64,000 nucleotides of DNA from an uncultured Lachnospiraceae bacterium (GTDB lineage Bacteria; Bacillota; Clostridia; Oscillospirales; CAG-272): the NCBI GenBank assembly GCA_964498965.1, contig CAZCJU010000001.1, forward strand, positions 38,008 to 102,007, in the 5' to 3' direction. The notes beneath the pieces were generated by a model. That model was not told the origin of the DNA. It saw only the letters and a list, made by a program, of their open reading frames with translations, and did no database searches. The first letter of the stretch is position 1. Every line of letters starts with the position of its first letter. The translations under genes and the position numbers were made by a program. Below, piece by piece: positions 50,213 to 58,998 of this stretch.

Positions 50213-50955
50213 ACTCCCAGTATACCTCCCTCGCCGCCTATTACGATTCCATGTGCGGCAGAAGCGACGATCGGTGGAGCGATTACCTGATCTCGTTGCT
50301 TAGGGAAAACGGCATAAAAAAAGACGAACTCGTCCTCGACTGTGCCTGCGGTACGGGTACGATCACCGCCGCATTGGCTCGTTACGGTTACGATATGATA
50401 GGCTTCGATGCCTCGCCCGATATGCTGTCGCACGCACTCGAAAATACCGCCGGCCTCGACGTGCTGCTGCTGTGCCAAAATATGACGGATTTCGAGCTTT
50501 ACGGCACGGTGCGGGCGGCTGTGTGCTGTACCGATTCGCTCAATTACTTAAAATCGACCGACGAGGTCGAAAAATTCTTTAAGCTGTGCCGAAATTATAT
50601 AGAAAAAGACGGCGTACTGATCTTCGATGTCAATACACCGTATAAATTCTCGAATGTCTATTCCGATAAGGACTTCATTTTGGAAAACGACGAGGGAAAT
50701 ATGCTCTGCTGGAGCTGCGACTACGAAAAAGAACGACATCGCTGCCGATTTTTGCTCACCGTGTTCTCCCCGTGCGAGGACGGACGGTGGGAAAGAGAGG
50801 ACGAAGAACAGTTCGAGTACGTTTACGGGATCGATGAGCTGAAAAAGCTTCTCGAAAAAAACGGCTTCATCGTGAAAAATATCTACGGCGAGCTGTCACA
50901 TGATACGCCGAACGATAACGAACAGCGTGTCCACTTCGTCTGTATCGCCGCCTGA
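50209..50955 (+). CDS. Class I SAM-dependent methyltransferase
   Basis: VLDCACGTGTIT (motif I) and GFDASPDML. 248 aa. Confidence 0.8.
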   Translation: MNSQYTSLAAYYDSMCGRSDDRWSDYLISLLRENGIKKDELVLDCACGTGTITAALARYGYDMIGFDASPDMLSHALENTAGLDVLLLCQNMTDFELYGTVRAAVCCTDSLNYLKSTDEVEKFFKLCRNYIEKDGVLIFDVNTPYKFSNVYSDKDFILENDEGNMLCWSCDYEKERHRCRFLLTVFSPCEDGRWEREDEEQFEYVYGIDELKKLLEKNGFIVKNIYGELSHDTPNDNEQRVHFVCIAA

Positions 50956-51017
50956 TCCGCCTCTCTCAAGACTTTCCCCTCACCCGCAATCATTCACCCG
51001 AATAACAGGAAGAACAA

Positions 51018-51884
51018 ATGTCTGATTCGATCTTACGTGCAATGACACGTGACGGTTCCGCACGTGTACTTGTCATAAATTCAACAAACACAGTCAACGA
51101 CTGTATAAAATACCACCGCACCCTGCCGACTGCGACCGCCGCACTCGGCAGAGTCGTTACCGCCGCCTCCCTTATGGGTACGACGCTCAAAAACAAGGGC
51201 GATACACTCACCTTGACTTTTCGGGGCAACGGCGAGGCGGGCATGGTCATGGCCGTTTCCGATTATATGGGAAACGTCAAAGGCTATATCGAAAACCCCG
51301 GCGTAGATCTGCCCCTTAAGCCGAACGGCAAACTCGATGTCGGCTCGGCGATCGGTGCCGGAACGGTAAATATCGTCCGCACGGACGGCGATAACGAGCC
51401 TTACGTCGGCATTTCCGAGATCAAAACAGGCGAAATAGCCGAAGACATCTCGTATTATTTCGCTCAAAGCGAGCAGATCCCTACCTTGCTCGCACTCGGC
51501 GTGCTTGTGGATACCGATCTGTCATGCATGGGTGCGGGCGGCGTTTTCGTGCAACTTTTGCCGTTCGCCGATCGCGAAACGGTGCTTCGGCTCGAACAAA
51601 ACGCCGAAAGCCTGCGAAATATATCCCGCCTTATCGCCGACGGATGCGACTGCGAGCGGCTGATGGCAATTGCCTTGGACGGCATCGAATACGACATCTT
51701 CGACGAGCTTGATATCGGCTACGTTTGCGACTGCGGCGAGGAAAGAACACGCCGTGCCGTAGTGTCGCTGGGCAGAGCCGAGCTTGAAAAGATTTTCTCC
51801 GAACAGGAAAATATCGAGGTCTGCTGCCGTTTTTGCGACAAAAAATACGTTTTCGACAAAAGTATAATGAAATACCTTAAGTAA
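51018..51884 (+). CDS. hslO: Redox-regulated chaperone Hsp33
   Basis: 288 aa. C-terminal zinc centre CDCGEERT...CCRFCDKKYVF. The N-terminal domain is typical of HslO. Confidence 0.9.
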   Translation: MSDSILRAMTRDGSARVLVINSTNTVNDCIKYHRTLPTATAALGRVVTAASLMGTTLKNKGDTLTLTFRGNGEAGMVMAVSDYMGNVKGYIENPGVDLPLKPNGKLDVGSAIGAGTVNIVRTDGDNEPYVGISEIKTGEIAEDISYYFAQSEQIPTLLALGVLVDTDLSCMGAGGVFVQLLPFADRETVLRLEQNAESLRNISRLIADGCDCERLMAIALDGIEYDIFDELDIGYVCDCGEERTRRAVVSLGRAELEKIFSEQENIEVCCRFCDKKYVFDKSIMKYLK

Positions 51885-51895
51885 GGAGAGCGAAA

Positions 51896-52828
51896 ATGAA
51901 CGAATCGGAATATTCCATACCGCTTTGCGATGTGATAAAGGAGTTTAAACTCGAAGAAATTTTCCTGCCCGATGACATAGCTTCAAGACAGGTGTGCAAA
52001 AGCGAGCTGAACCGCCCCGGACTTAAGCTGGCAGGCTTCGGAGAATTGTTCGACCCGAAACGATTACAGCTGATAGGACGTGCGGAATACGAATACCTTA
52101 GCAAATTCGCCGAGGAAGAGCGTGAAAAACGCTTCGAAGCCCTCGTCGCCGAAAGACCCGTCGCCATTATATTCACTACCTCACTGCCCGTTTCGCCGAG
52201 AGAAATAAGTACGTGCGAAAAATACGGCGTGCCGCTCCTCCGTACCGATTGGCTCACCTCGTCGTTCATGGCGGCGGTGATAGCCTCCCTGAATGTTTCA
52301 CTTGCCCCGAGGGTAACACGCCACGGCGTTCTGGTCGAGGTGTACGGCGAAGGTATACTCATTCTGGGCGACAGCGGCGTAGGTAAGAGCGAAACGGCTA
52401 TAGAGCTTGTGAAAAGAGGTCACCGACTGATAGCGGACGACGCAGTCGAAATAAAACGTGTGTCCGCCGTATCCCTCGTCGGAAGCGCACCGGAAATAAT
52501 CCGCCATTACGTCGAATTGCGAGGCATCGGAATAGTCGATGTCCGCCGCATATTCGGTATGGGTGCGGTCAAAGTGTCCGAAAAAATAGATATGATAATC
52601 AAGCTCGAACCGTGGGTGCAGGGAAAAATGTACGACAGATTCGGACTTGAATCGGAATATACCGAGATCCTCGGAATAAATATCCCCACGACTACAATAC
52701 CCGTCCGCCCCGGACGTAACCTCGCCATAATTTTGGAGATCGCCGCAATGAATAACCGACAAAAGAAAATGGGTTACGATACGGCGGTCGAATTCAATAA
52801 AAAACTCATGGGACAGTTCGGTGAATAG
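51896..52828 (+). CDS. hprK: HPr kinase/phosphorylase
   Basis: Walker A GDSGVGKSETAIEL and the signature ELRGIGIVDVRRIFG. Confidence 0.9.
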   Translation: MNESEYSIPLCDVIKEFKLEEIFLPDDIASRQVCKSELNRPGLKLAGFGELFDPKRLQLIGRAEYEYLSKFAEEEREKRFEALVAERPVAIIFTTSLPVSPREISTCEKYGVPLLRTDWLTSSFMAAVIASLNVSLAPRVTRHGVLVEVYGEGILILGDSGVGKSETAIELVKRGHRLIADDAVEIKRVSAVSLVGSAPEIIRHYVELRGIGIVDVRRIFGMGAVKVSEKIDMIIKLEPWVQGKMYDRFGLESEYTEILGINIPTTTIPVRPGRNLAIILEIAAMNNRQKKMGYDTAVEFNKKLMGQFGE

Positions 52829-52873
52829 CTCCTCCCGCAAGCTGACCGTAACGAAACAAGGTGAAATAATAAT

Positions 52874-54067
52874 ATGGAAATTGAATATTCGAAAAAAATA
52901 GCCGAGCTTAAGCCGTCGGCGATAAGAGAGATCTTCAAAAGCCTTACCGACCCGAGCGTCATATCGTTTGCCGCCGGAAATCCCGCCCCCGAAAGCTTCC
53001 CCGTCGATGCCTTCAACTCGTTTTGCGAAGAGATCTTCGCCACACAGTCTACTCTCGCTCTGCAATACGGTATCACCGAGGGCTACGGACCGCTGAGAAA
53101 TGCGATATTCGAAAGAAATCACCGAATTTTCGACATCGGCGGCGATAACGATACGTGTATCGTGACGACGGGCGGTCAGCAGGGCATAGACCTTACCTGC
53201 AGGATACTGTGTAACGAGGGCGATACCGTTATCTGCGAAGAGCCGTCGTTTATCGGAGCGTTGAATTCGTTCCGCTCCTACGGTTGCCGCCTCGTCGGCG
53301 TAAGCATGGACGGCGACGGAATAAATCTCGAAGCCCTCGAAAACGCAATGAAAAATAACCCGAACGCCAAATTCGTTTACCTTATCCCCACATTCCAAAA
53401 CCCCACCGGTATCACGATGAGTGCGGAAAAACGCAAGGCGTGCTATGAGCTGGCGAAAAAGTACGATATGCTCATTTTGGAGGATAATCCCTACGGCGAA
53501 TTGAGATTTTCCGGAAAGGACGTGCCGCCGATAAAAGCCCTCGATACCGACGGACGTGTCATTTATTGCAGCTCGTTTTCAAAACTGCTGTCGGCGGGAA
53601 TGCGCGTCGGATACCTGATACTGAACGAAAATATTGCCCGTAAAATATCCGTCGCAAAACAGTGTGCGGACGTGCATACGCCTATGCTGTTCCAGCTCCT
53701 GTGCCATAAATTCCTGACCGAGTACGACCTCGACAGCCATGTCGCAAATATCAAAACGCTCTATGCGAAAAAGTGTAAACTCATGCTCGACGCACTCGAT
53801 TCGTGCGTGCCGAGCGAAGTGGAATATACCCGCCCCGACGGCGGTCTGTTCATTTGGGGTAAACTGCCGAAGCATATCGATCCCAAGGCGTTTATCGCAA
53901 GGCTCGCCGAAAATAAACTCGCCGTCGTCCCCGGTGCAACCTTTATGTGCGACGGAGAAGCCGTGTGCCGCGGCTTTCGAATGAATTATTCCACCCCGTC
54001 GGACAAGCAAATAGTAAAGGGCGTGCAAATACTCGCCGATACCTTGAAAAGCGAAACGCTTAAGTAA
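52874..54067 (+). CDS. PLP-dependent aminotransferase (2-aminoadipate/aromatic aminotransferase-like)
   Basis: 397 aa. ISFAAGNPAPESFP, TFQNPTG and SSFSKLLSAGMRVGY (PLP lysine). Confidence 0.8.
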   Translation: MEIEYSKKIAELKPSAIREIFKSLTDPSVISFAAGNPAPESFPVDAFNSFCEEIFATQSTLALQYGITEGYGPLRNAIFERNHRIFDIGGDNDTCIVTTGGQQGIDLTCRILCNEGDTVICEEPSFIGALNSFRSYGCRLVGVSMDGDGINLEALENAMKNNPNAKFVYLIPTFQNPTGITMSAEKRKACYELAKKYDMLILEDNPYGELRFSGKDVPPIKALDTDGRVIYCSSFSKLLSAGMRVGYLILNENIARKISVAKQCADVHTPMLFQLLCHKFLTEYDLDSHVANIKTLYAKKCKLMLDALDSCVPSEVEYTRPDGGLFIWGKLPKHIDPKAFIARLAENKLAVVPGATFMCDGEAVCRGFRMNYSTPSDKQIVKGVQILADTLKSETLK

Positions 54068-54078
54068 GGAGCAATATA

Positions 54079-55086
54079 ATGGAAGAAAATAAAAAAACCG
54101 TCTTTTCCGGCATACAGCCGTCCGGTAACCTCACTATCGGTAATTACCTCGGTGCGTTGAAAAATTTCTCGTCGTACGGCGATGACTTCGAATGCCTGTA
54201 TTGCGTCGTGGATCAACATGCCATAACCGTTCGCCAAAACCCCGCCGAGCTGAGAAGAAGAACGTATGAAATCCTGTCGCTGTATATCGCCTGCGGACTC
54301 GATCCCGAAAAAAATATATTGTACGTGCAAAGCCATGTCCCCGCTCACGCTCAATTGGCTTGGGTGCTTGATTGCTATACCATGTTCGGCGAGCTGTCGA
54401 GAATGACGCAGTTTAAGGACAAAAGTGCAAAAAACGCCGATAATATCAATGCCGGACTGTTTACTTACCCCACCCTCATGGCGGCGGATATATTGCTGTA
54501 CCAAACGGATATAGTTCCCGTCGGCGAGGATCAAAGACAACATATCGAAATAACAAGAGATATCGCAAACAGATTCAATACCGTGTACGGCGATACGTTC
54601 AAGATCCCCGAAGCGGCGGTGCGTGCCGGTGCGAAAATTTTCTCCCTCGCCGAACCGGATAAAAAAATGAGTAAGTCCGATCCCAATCCCAACGGCTCGG
54701 TGTCCTTGCTCGATGACAGAGATACCGTGATAAGAAAATTCCGACGTGCCGTCACCGATTCCGATACCTGCGTCCGACGTGCCGAGGGTAAAGCGGGTAT
54801 AAATAACCTCATGACGATATATTCCTGCTTTACCGGTAAAACCGATGCGGAGATCGAAAAAGAATTCGAGGGCAGGGGCTACGGCGACTTTAAATCCGCC
54901 GTCGGCGAAGCCTGTGCGGATGAACTCGTGCCTATCCAAAAACGCTTCAACGAGCTTATGAAGGATAAAGCATACCTCGATTCCGTGCTTTCCCAAAATG
55001 CGAAAAAAGCCGCCTACCTCGCATCGAAAACACTCTCTAAAGTCTATCGTAAGGTCGGCTTCGTTCCCCCCGCCCGTAATAATTAA
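54079..55086 (+). CDS. trpS: Tryptophan-tRNA ligase
   Basis: GIQPSGNLTIGNYLGA (HIGH region), GEDQRQH and KMSKS. Confidence 0.95.
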   Translation: MEENKKTVFSGIQPSGNLTIGNYLGALKNFSSYGDDFECLYCVVDQHAITVRQNPAELRRRTYEILSLYIACGLDPEKNILYVQSHVPAHAQLAWVLDCYTMFGELSRMTQFKDKSAKNADNINAGLFTYPTLMAADILLYQTDIVPVGEDQRQHIEITRDIANRFNTVYGDTFKIPEAAVRAGAKIFSLAEPDKKMSKSDPNPNGSVSLLDDRDTVIRKFRRAVTDSDTCVRRAEGKAGINNLMTIYSCFTGKTDAEIEKEFEGRGYGDFKSAVGEACADELVPIQKRFNELMKDKAYLDSVLSQNAKKAAYLASKTLSKVYRKVGFVPPARNN

Positions 55087-55205
55087 CTCCGAGGTGAAAG
55101 AGATCGTGCGGATCGGCCGAGAAGGCTTATGAGGGAATAGTACGGGGTAATACCGAGCCGGAAGGCAAAAAAAGCCGCATTTCGCTTTCTCAAGGAGGAC
55201 ACCGA

Positions 55206-55235
55206 ACAAAAAAACGGGGATATCCCCGTTTTTTC
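55206..55235. terminator. Bidirectional rho-independent terminator
   Basis: AAAAAAAAA-CGGGGA-TA-TCCCCG-TTTTTTC between the convergent trpS and zinc-ribbon genes. Confidence 0.8.
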
Positions 55236-55236
55236 T

Positions 55237-56817
55237 TTATTTAAGATTTTGTACGTTGAAATTCTCCTTCAATATCGCCCTGTACGTACCCGAGAACATA
55301 CATATGAGTACACCGAAGCAGATCGTCGAAAATGCCGAAAGCCATGCGGAAGCCGTGTTCCACATAGCCGCATTGAACAGCTGACCGCAAGCGACAATGA
55401 ACAGCATTACAGCCGCAAACATCGACGGGTGTCCCCATTCCCGTCCGTCGGCAATGCTTTCGAAGTTTTTGACCGTTCCGTGTATTCTGATATTGAATAT
55501 CATATTCACAACGACTATCAAGGTGAGTATCGAAAGACCGATTATCGCCATAGTTATTTTCGTTTTTATATAATCGGAATATACAATCTCTTCATATAAG
55601 CTTTCACTCGCATAGCTCTTAAGATAATCGTAGTATTCTTTTCGTTCGTCGATCACCCGAGTAATATCCGTGACAACATATATGATCAAGAGTGCGTCGA
55701 GAACGACGTAGATTATCGAGAACACCATTTTAATTGCGGTTATTACCTTTATCGTCACTATCCCCGTAGTCGAAATACCGCTTCGTTTCTTGTCAAACGC
55801 CGAATACAGCGTCAGCCACAGACCTATTGCGACAACGATATTCGGTATCTGTCCGATGAAAGCGAAAAGCTTTGCCGTACCCGAAAACATATCCGATATT
55901 TCCTTCAAAGCACCGATAGCTTCCGCTTCTTCGGAACTTCTGTAGTACCGACTGCCGTATGCTTCCTTTTCGTATTCGGTAACGAGATCGATCGCTTTGT
56001 CGATGGCGTCCGAAACGAATGAACCGGCATCGGTTATCGCAAAGATTATCATAAGCGTAAACAGAACCGTCGCTATGATCGTTACCGGCGAGAAAACGAA
56101 TTTGCACAGCCGTTCGTTTCTGCGACAGTCAAAACGCTTACCCCAGTTAAAACCCGCTATGGCTGCGGCAGTAGGCTGTTGTGTGCCTTGCCCGGCGGAA
56201 TATTGACCGTACTGTTGACCGGGATCGTATTGTTGAGCGAAATCGTACTGTTGACCGGGATCGTACTGTTGACCGGGATTATTCCGCCGATCGAAATCGT
56301 ACTGTCGGTTCGGTGCGTATTGCGGTGTGAATTGCGTTTGCTCGGGCTGCGGAGGCTGCCGATAAGCTCCTTGTCCTGCCTGCATACTGTCTAAATTCAC
56401 GGTGCATTCATACGTATCATCGGGCGATAGGGTGTCCGTCGTTTGATCGACAAACTCTTCCGCAGACCGATCGTCAACTATAGGTTGAGCGTAAGCTTGA
56501 TCGAAATGCACGGTTTCGGACGGTGCTTCGTCAAACTCCGTATTGTCGGACTCCGTACCGCCGTCGTGCAATGCGTCGTTGCTCGGTGTATCGGCCACCT
56601 CTGCGTATTGCATAGGCTCGTCTTTAAATTCTTCCGTATGTGCTTCTTCCGTATTTCCGACCGCTGTTTCCGCGATCTGCTCCGTCACCTGCTCCGCATT
56701 CGCCTGTGCGGTTTTTCTTTCCCGAAAAGCACTGTAATCGGAAAGTTTTGTTCCGCACTCTCGGCAAAACAATGCGTCATCGTCGACTTTAGTGCCGCAA
56801 TTGGGACAATAAAACAT
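55237..56817 (-). CDS. Zinc-ribbon membrane protein with an acidic/Q-P-rich repeat linker and a polytopic C-domain
   Basis: 526 aa. MFYCPNCGTKVDDDALFCRECGTKL zinc ribbon. Repeats DPGQQYDF/AQQYDPGQQYG. About 7 TM segments, with motifs shared with the upstream paralog (KFVFSPVTII, PNIVVAIGLWLTLYSAFDKK). Confidence 0.8.
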   Translation of the reverse strand: MFYCPNCGTKVDDDALFCRECGTKLSDYSAFRERKTAQANAEQVTEQIAETAVGNTEEAHTEEFKDEPMQYAEVADTPSNDALHDGGTESDNTEFDEAPSETVHFDQAYAQPIVDDRSAEEFVDQTTDTLSPDDTYECTVNLDSMQAGQGAYRQPPQPEQTQFTPQYAPNRQYDFDRRNNPGQQYDPGQQYDFAQQYDPGQQYGQYSAGQGTQQPTAAAIAGFNWGKRFDCRRNERLCKFVFSPVTIIATVLFTLMIIFAITDAGSFVSDAIDKAIDLVTEYEKEAYGSRYYRSSEEAEAIGALKEISDMFSGTAKLFAFIGQIPNIVVAIGLWLTLYSAFDKKRSGISTTGIVTIKVITAIKMVFSIIYVVLDALLIIYVVTDITRVIDERKEYYDYLKSYASESLYEEIVYSDYIKTKITMAIIGLSILTLIVVVNMIFNIRIHGTVKNFESIADGREWGHPSMFAAVMLFIVACGQLFNAAMWNTASAWLSAFSTICFGVLICMFSGTYRAILKENFNVQNLK

Positions 56818-56834
56818 GATTTAGCTCCTTGTCG

Positions 56835-58052
56835 TTAAAATCCGGTGGGATTATTTCCGTTACCGTTATTACCGTTATTACCGTTGTATGTGTAAAAGTC
56901 GTTTCCGCCGTTATTTCCGTTGTTGCCGTTATAAGAACCGAAGCCGTTGCCGTTGTTGTCCGTGCCGTTGTACGCATAGAAACCGCCGCCGTTATTTGCC
57001 GATGTCGTGCCGCTCATGACGGTACGGAGCTGATGTATAAGTATTCCGAACAAAACGCATGTTGCGACGCCGAACAGTGCCGAAACGCTGAAAGCTATTA
57101 TTGTCGAAACAAACTGATATCCCGCCGTTACGTAACACATTATTTCAACTAAAAGCGACGGAGTATGTACTTGCTTTGTAAGCACGGTCTGCTCGAAATC
57201 TCTTGCCGTCGTGTATACCTTGTAATTATAAAATGCGGAAAATGCCATTGCGGCAAGTATTATCGCAAAAAGGATAAGGGATAACAGGAACGCTCCGAAG
57301 CCGACTTGGAAAAGAATAATGAACAGGTATATTATAAGCACGATAGCGGTAATTCCGAGGCCGACAGCCGATGAGATCGCACTTATTATCGACATTATTT
57401 TAATGACCTTAGGACCGTTTACCGATATAAAATTCTGCTTTTTGTCATACGCCGACCAAACGGTGAGCCACATTCCGACAGCCAGAACGATGTTCGGAGT
57501 GTTGAATATAAGTGCGAACACCCTTGCGGTAGTCGAAACCTCCCGGGCAAGCCACTCGAACACCTCCGCTCCGTCGGACATATCGTATTTGTAAAGCCAG
57601 TCTGCTATTGAAATTAAGAAATCGGAAGCCGCCGATCCCGCCGTAAGCACCGCTATGAGTATGTTTAACGTAAACAGACCGACGGTGATCAGAGTGAACG
57701 GCGAAAACAGGAATTTACCGAGCGTTGCGTCGGTTTGCGTAGCCCACGGCTTGTTGAGAGTGAAAAAGCCGTTTATCGCATTTTGTGCCTGACCGAATGC
57801 CGCCTTTGCCTGCTGTGAAAAATCCTGACCGTTGTGCTGCCGGGCATTCGGATCATAGGTGTTGCCGTTATATCCGTTTTGCCCTTGATTCGACGTGCCT
57901 TGATACGGTGCGTATCCGTTTTGAGTATACGTGCCTTGATTTTGCGTACCTTGGTTTTGAGTGCCTTGGTTTGCCCCCGAGAGAGGTTTACCGCAGGACG
58001 CACAAAACGCAGCACTGTCGTTGTTTTGTGTTCCGCAATTGGGACAATACAT
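56835..58052 (-). CDS. Zinc-ribbon membrane protein, tandem paralog, with QGT repeats and an N/G-rich tail
   Basis: ATG 58052 with a GGAGAAAAA RBS. MYCPNCGTQNNDSAAFCASCGKPL zinc ribbon. NQGTQNQGTQNQGT repeats. TM core (KFLFSPFTLI, PNIVLAVGMWLTVWSAYDKK). C-terminal NNGGGFYAYNGTDNNGNGFGSYNGNNGNNGGNDFYTYNGNNGNNGNGNN. Confidence 0.8.
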   Translation of the reverse strand: MYCPNCGTQNNDSAAFCASCGKPLSGANQGTQNQGTQNQGTYTQNGYAPYQGTSNQGQNGYNGNTYDPNARQHNGQDFSQQAKAAFGQAQNAINGFFTLNKPWATQTDATLGKFLFSPFTLITVGLFTLNILIAVLTAGSAASDFLISIADWLYKYDMSDGAEVFEWLAREVSTTARVFALIFNTPNIVLAVGMWLTVWSAYDKKQNFISVNGPKVIKIMSIISAISSAVGLGITAIVLIIYLFIILFQVGFGAFLLSLILFAIILAAMAFSAFYNYKVYTTARDFEQTVLTKQVHTPSLLVEIMCYVTAGYQFVSTIIAFSVSALFGVATCVLFGILIHQLRTVMSGTTSANNGGGFYAYNGTDNNGNGFGSYNGNNGNNGGNDFYTYNGNNGNNGNGNNPTGF

Positions 58053-58167
58053 GGTTTTTCTCCTTAGATATAAAATGATTTTAAAATACCGATATGATAC
58101 GGTCGGCAATTCTCGATATTCGATATTCGTTGTACGCATCGTGAGCGTCAATATGTTTATACGTCCG

Positions 58168-58227
58168 TACTACATCGTACTACATCATACGACATCGTAC
58201 GACATCGTACACCATCGTACGACATCG
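58168..58227. repeat. Tandem array of six 10-bp units (TACNNCATCR)
   Basis: tactacatcg tactacatca tacgacatcg tacgacatcg tacaccatcg tacgacatcg. Confidence 0.95.
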
Positions 58228-58358
58228 ATCGATAATCGCCGATAACATTATACATTTTATGAATTTAAAAAAATATATATGTTAAAAAAGGACCTTATTT
58301 TGTAAAAAACGGATCATATCGACAACGTATTCGGCACGCATTCGAATGTAAACGCAAC

Positions 58359-58383
58359 AAAAAAAGGCAACATTGCCTTTTCG
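58359..58383 (-). terminator. Rho-independent terminator (minus strand) inside repeat copy B
   Basis: Same AAAGGCAA-TG-TTGCCTTTTTTT hairpin as in copy A, downstream of the ylbF-like gene. Confidence 0.7.
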
Positions 58384-58493
58384 TAAATATGTATTTCACC
58401 TTTAGCTTTTCCGTTCCGTACGCCTTTCCCTCATAAAGCTTTTCCACCCCCCGTCCGTAAAGCTTTCTCCCTTTGGGTACGGTGGCGATCGCC

Positions 58494-58577
58494 GCACGTC
58501 GCACATCGCACGTCGCATGTCGCACGTCGCACATCGTATGTCGCACGTCGCACATCGCACGTCGCATGTCGCACACG
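58494..58577. repeat. Tandem array of twelve 7-bp units (GCAYRTC) with 28-bp higher-order structure
   Basis: gcacgtc gcacatc gcacgtc gcatgtc | gcacgtc gcacatc gtatgtc | gcacgtc gcacatc gcacgtc gcatgtc gcacacg. It begins 13 nt after the stop of the ylbF-like gene. Confidence 0.9.
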
Positions 58578-58589
58578 GGTATCGTATTT

Positions 58590-58985
58590 TTAATGGCAAT
58601 GATGACCGCAATGGGAGCAATCGGAGTTACAGGGACGCTCGCCGGTTATTTGGTAAGTGATCTCGCCGTTTACCTCATTCATCAGCTCGTTTACGGCGTT
58701 TTGAGCTTCCCGATACTCACACATAAGCGGATTTTCGGTTATTTCGTTATAAAGCTCGGTCATTCTGCCCTCAACGCTTGTTATTGCCGCTTCATCTCTT
58801 GCTTCGGCGGTATAAAGCTCGGTCAGGGTTTGCGATATGGCGTTATACTCGTCCACCAACGCACACAGGTTTTTATCGGCGTTATATTTTGCGGTCATTT
58901 CGTCCATTTTTTTCATTATCGGCTCTTCCTTTATTGCCCGACCCAATGCCGCAGCCAGCTCAGTTACCTTACTCATTTTTTTCAC
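58590..58985 (-). CDS. YlbF/YmcA-family regulatory protein with a Cys/His-rich C-terminal tail
   Basis: 131 aa, helical (LCALVDEYNAISQTLTELY...EAQNAVNELMNEVNGEI), typical of the YlbF family. Ends in CNSDCSHCGHHCH. Confidence 0.65.
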   Translation of the reverse strand: MKKMSKVTELAAALGRAIKEEPIMKKMDEMTAKYNADKNLCALVDEYNAISQTLTELYTAEARDEAAITSVEGRMTELYNEITENPLMCEYREAQNAVNELMNEVNGEITYQITGERPCNSDCSHCGHHCH

Positions 58986-58998
58986 CTCATGTATAATA

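Larger units (their letters stand above)
58091..58496. repeat. Copy B of the ~420-bp duplicated intergenic cassette
   Basis: See copy A (18071..18497). Differences: a 7-bp tandem duplication (tcgatattcgatatt), 6 rather than 9 decamer units, and a few substitutions. Confidence 0.9.

Noticed and set aside
52298-53398. 366-aa minus-strand ORF. The same reasoning covers the long antisense ORFs at 62454..63548, 14948..15955, 9820..10860, 27788..28813, 38342..39235, 47849..48511 and 59716..60390.
   Set aside because: Each is antisense to a gene with strong family motifs (hprK/aminotransferase, metG, kinase, adhesin, portal, GT8, capG, miaB). Long shadow ORFs are expected at this GC content.
54068-54078. 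T-box or other leader upstream of trpS (and of thrC at 48425..48438)
   Set aside because: The intergenic gaps are only 11 and 14 nt, which is too short for a riboswitch or T-box. These genes are probably co-transcribed with their upstream neighbours.
53986-55209. 407-aa ORF on the minus strand
   Set aside because: It is antisense to trpS, which carries unambiguous HIGH/KMSKS motifs. It has no motifs of its own.
58295-58576. 93-aa ORF 'MCDMRRAMCDVRHTMCDVRH...'
   Set aside because: It is a translation of the 7-bp tandem array plus the duplicated non-coding cassette. The periodic peptide is an artefact.
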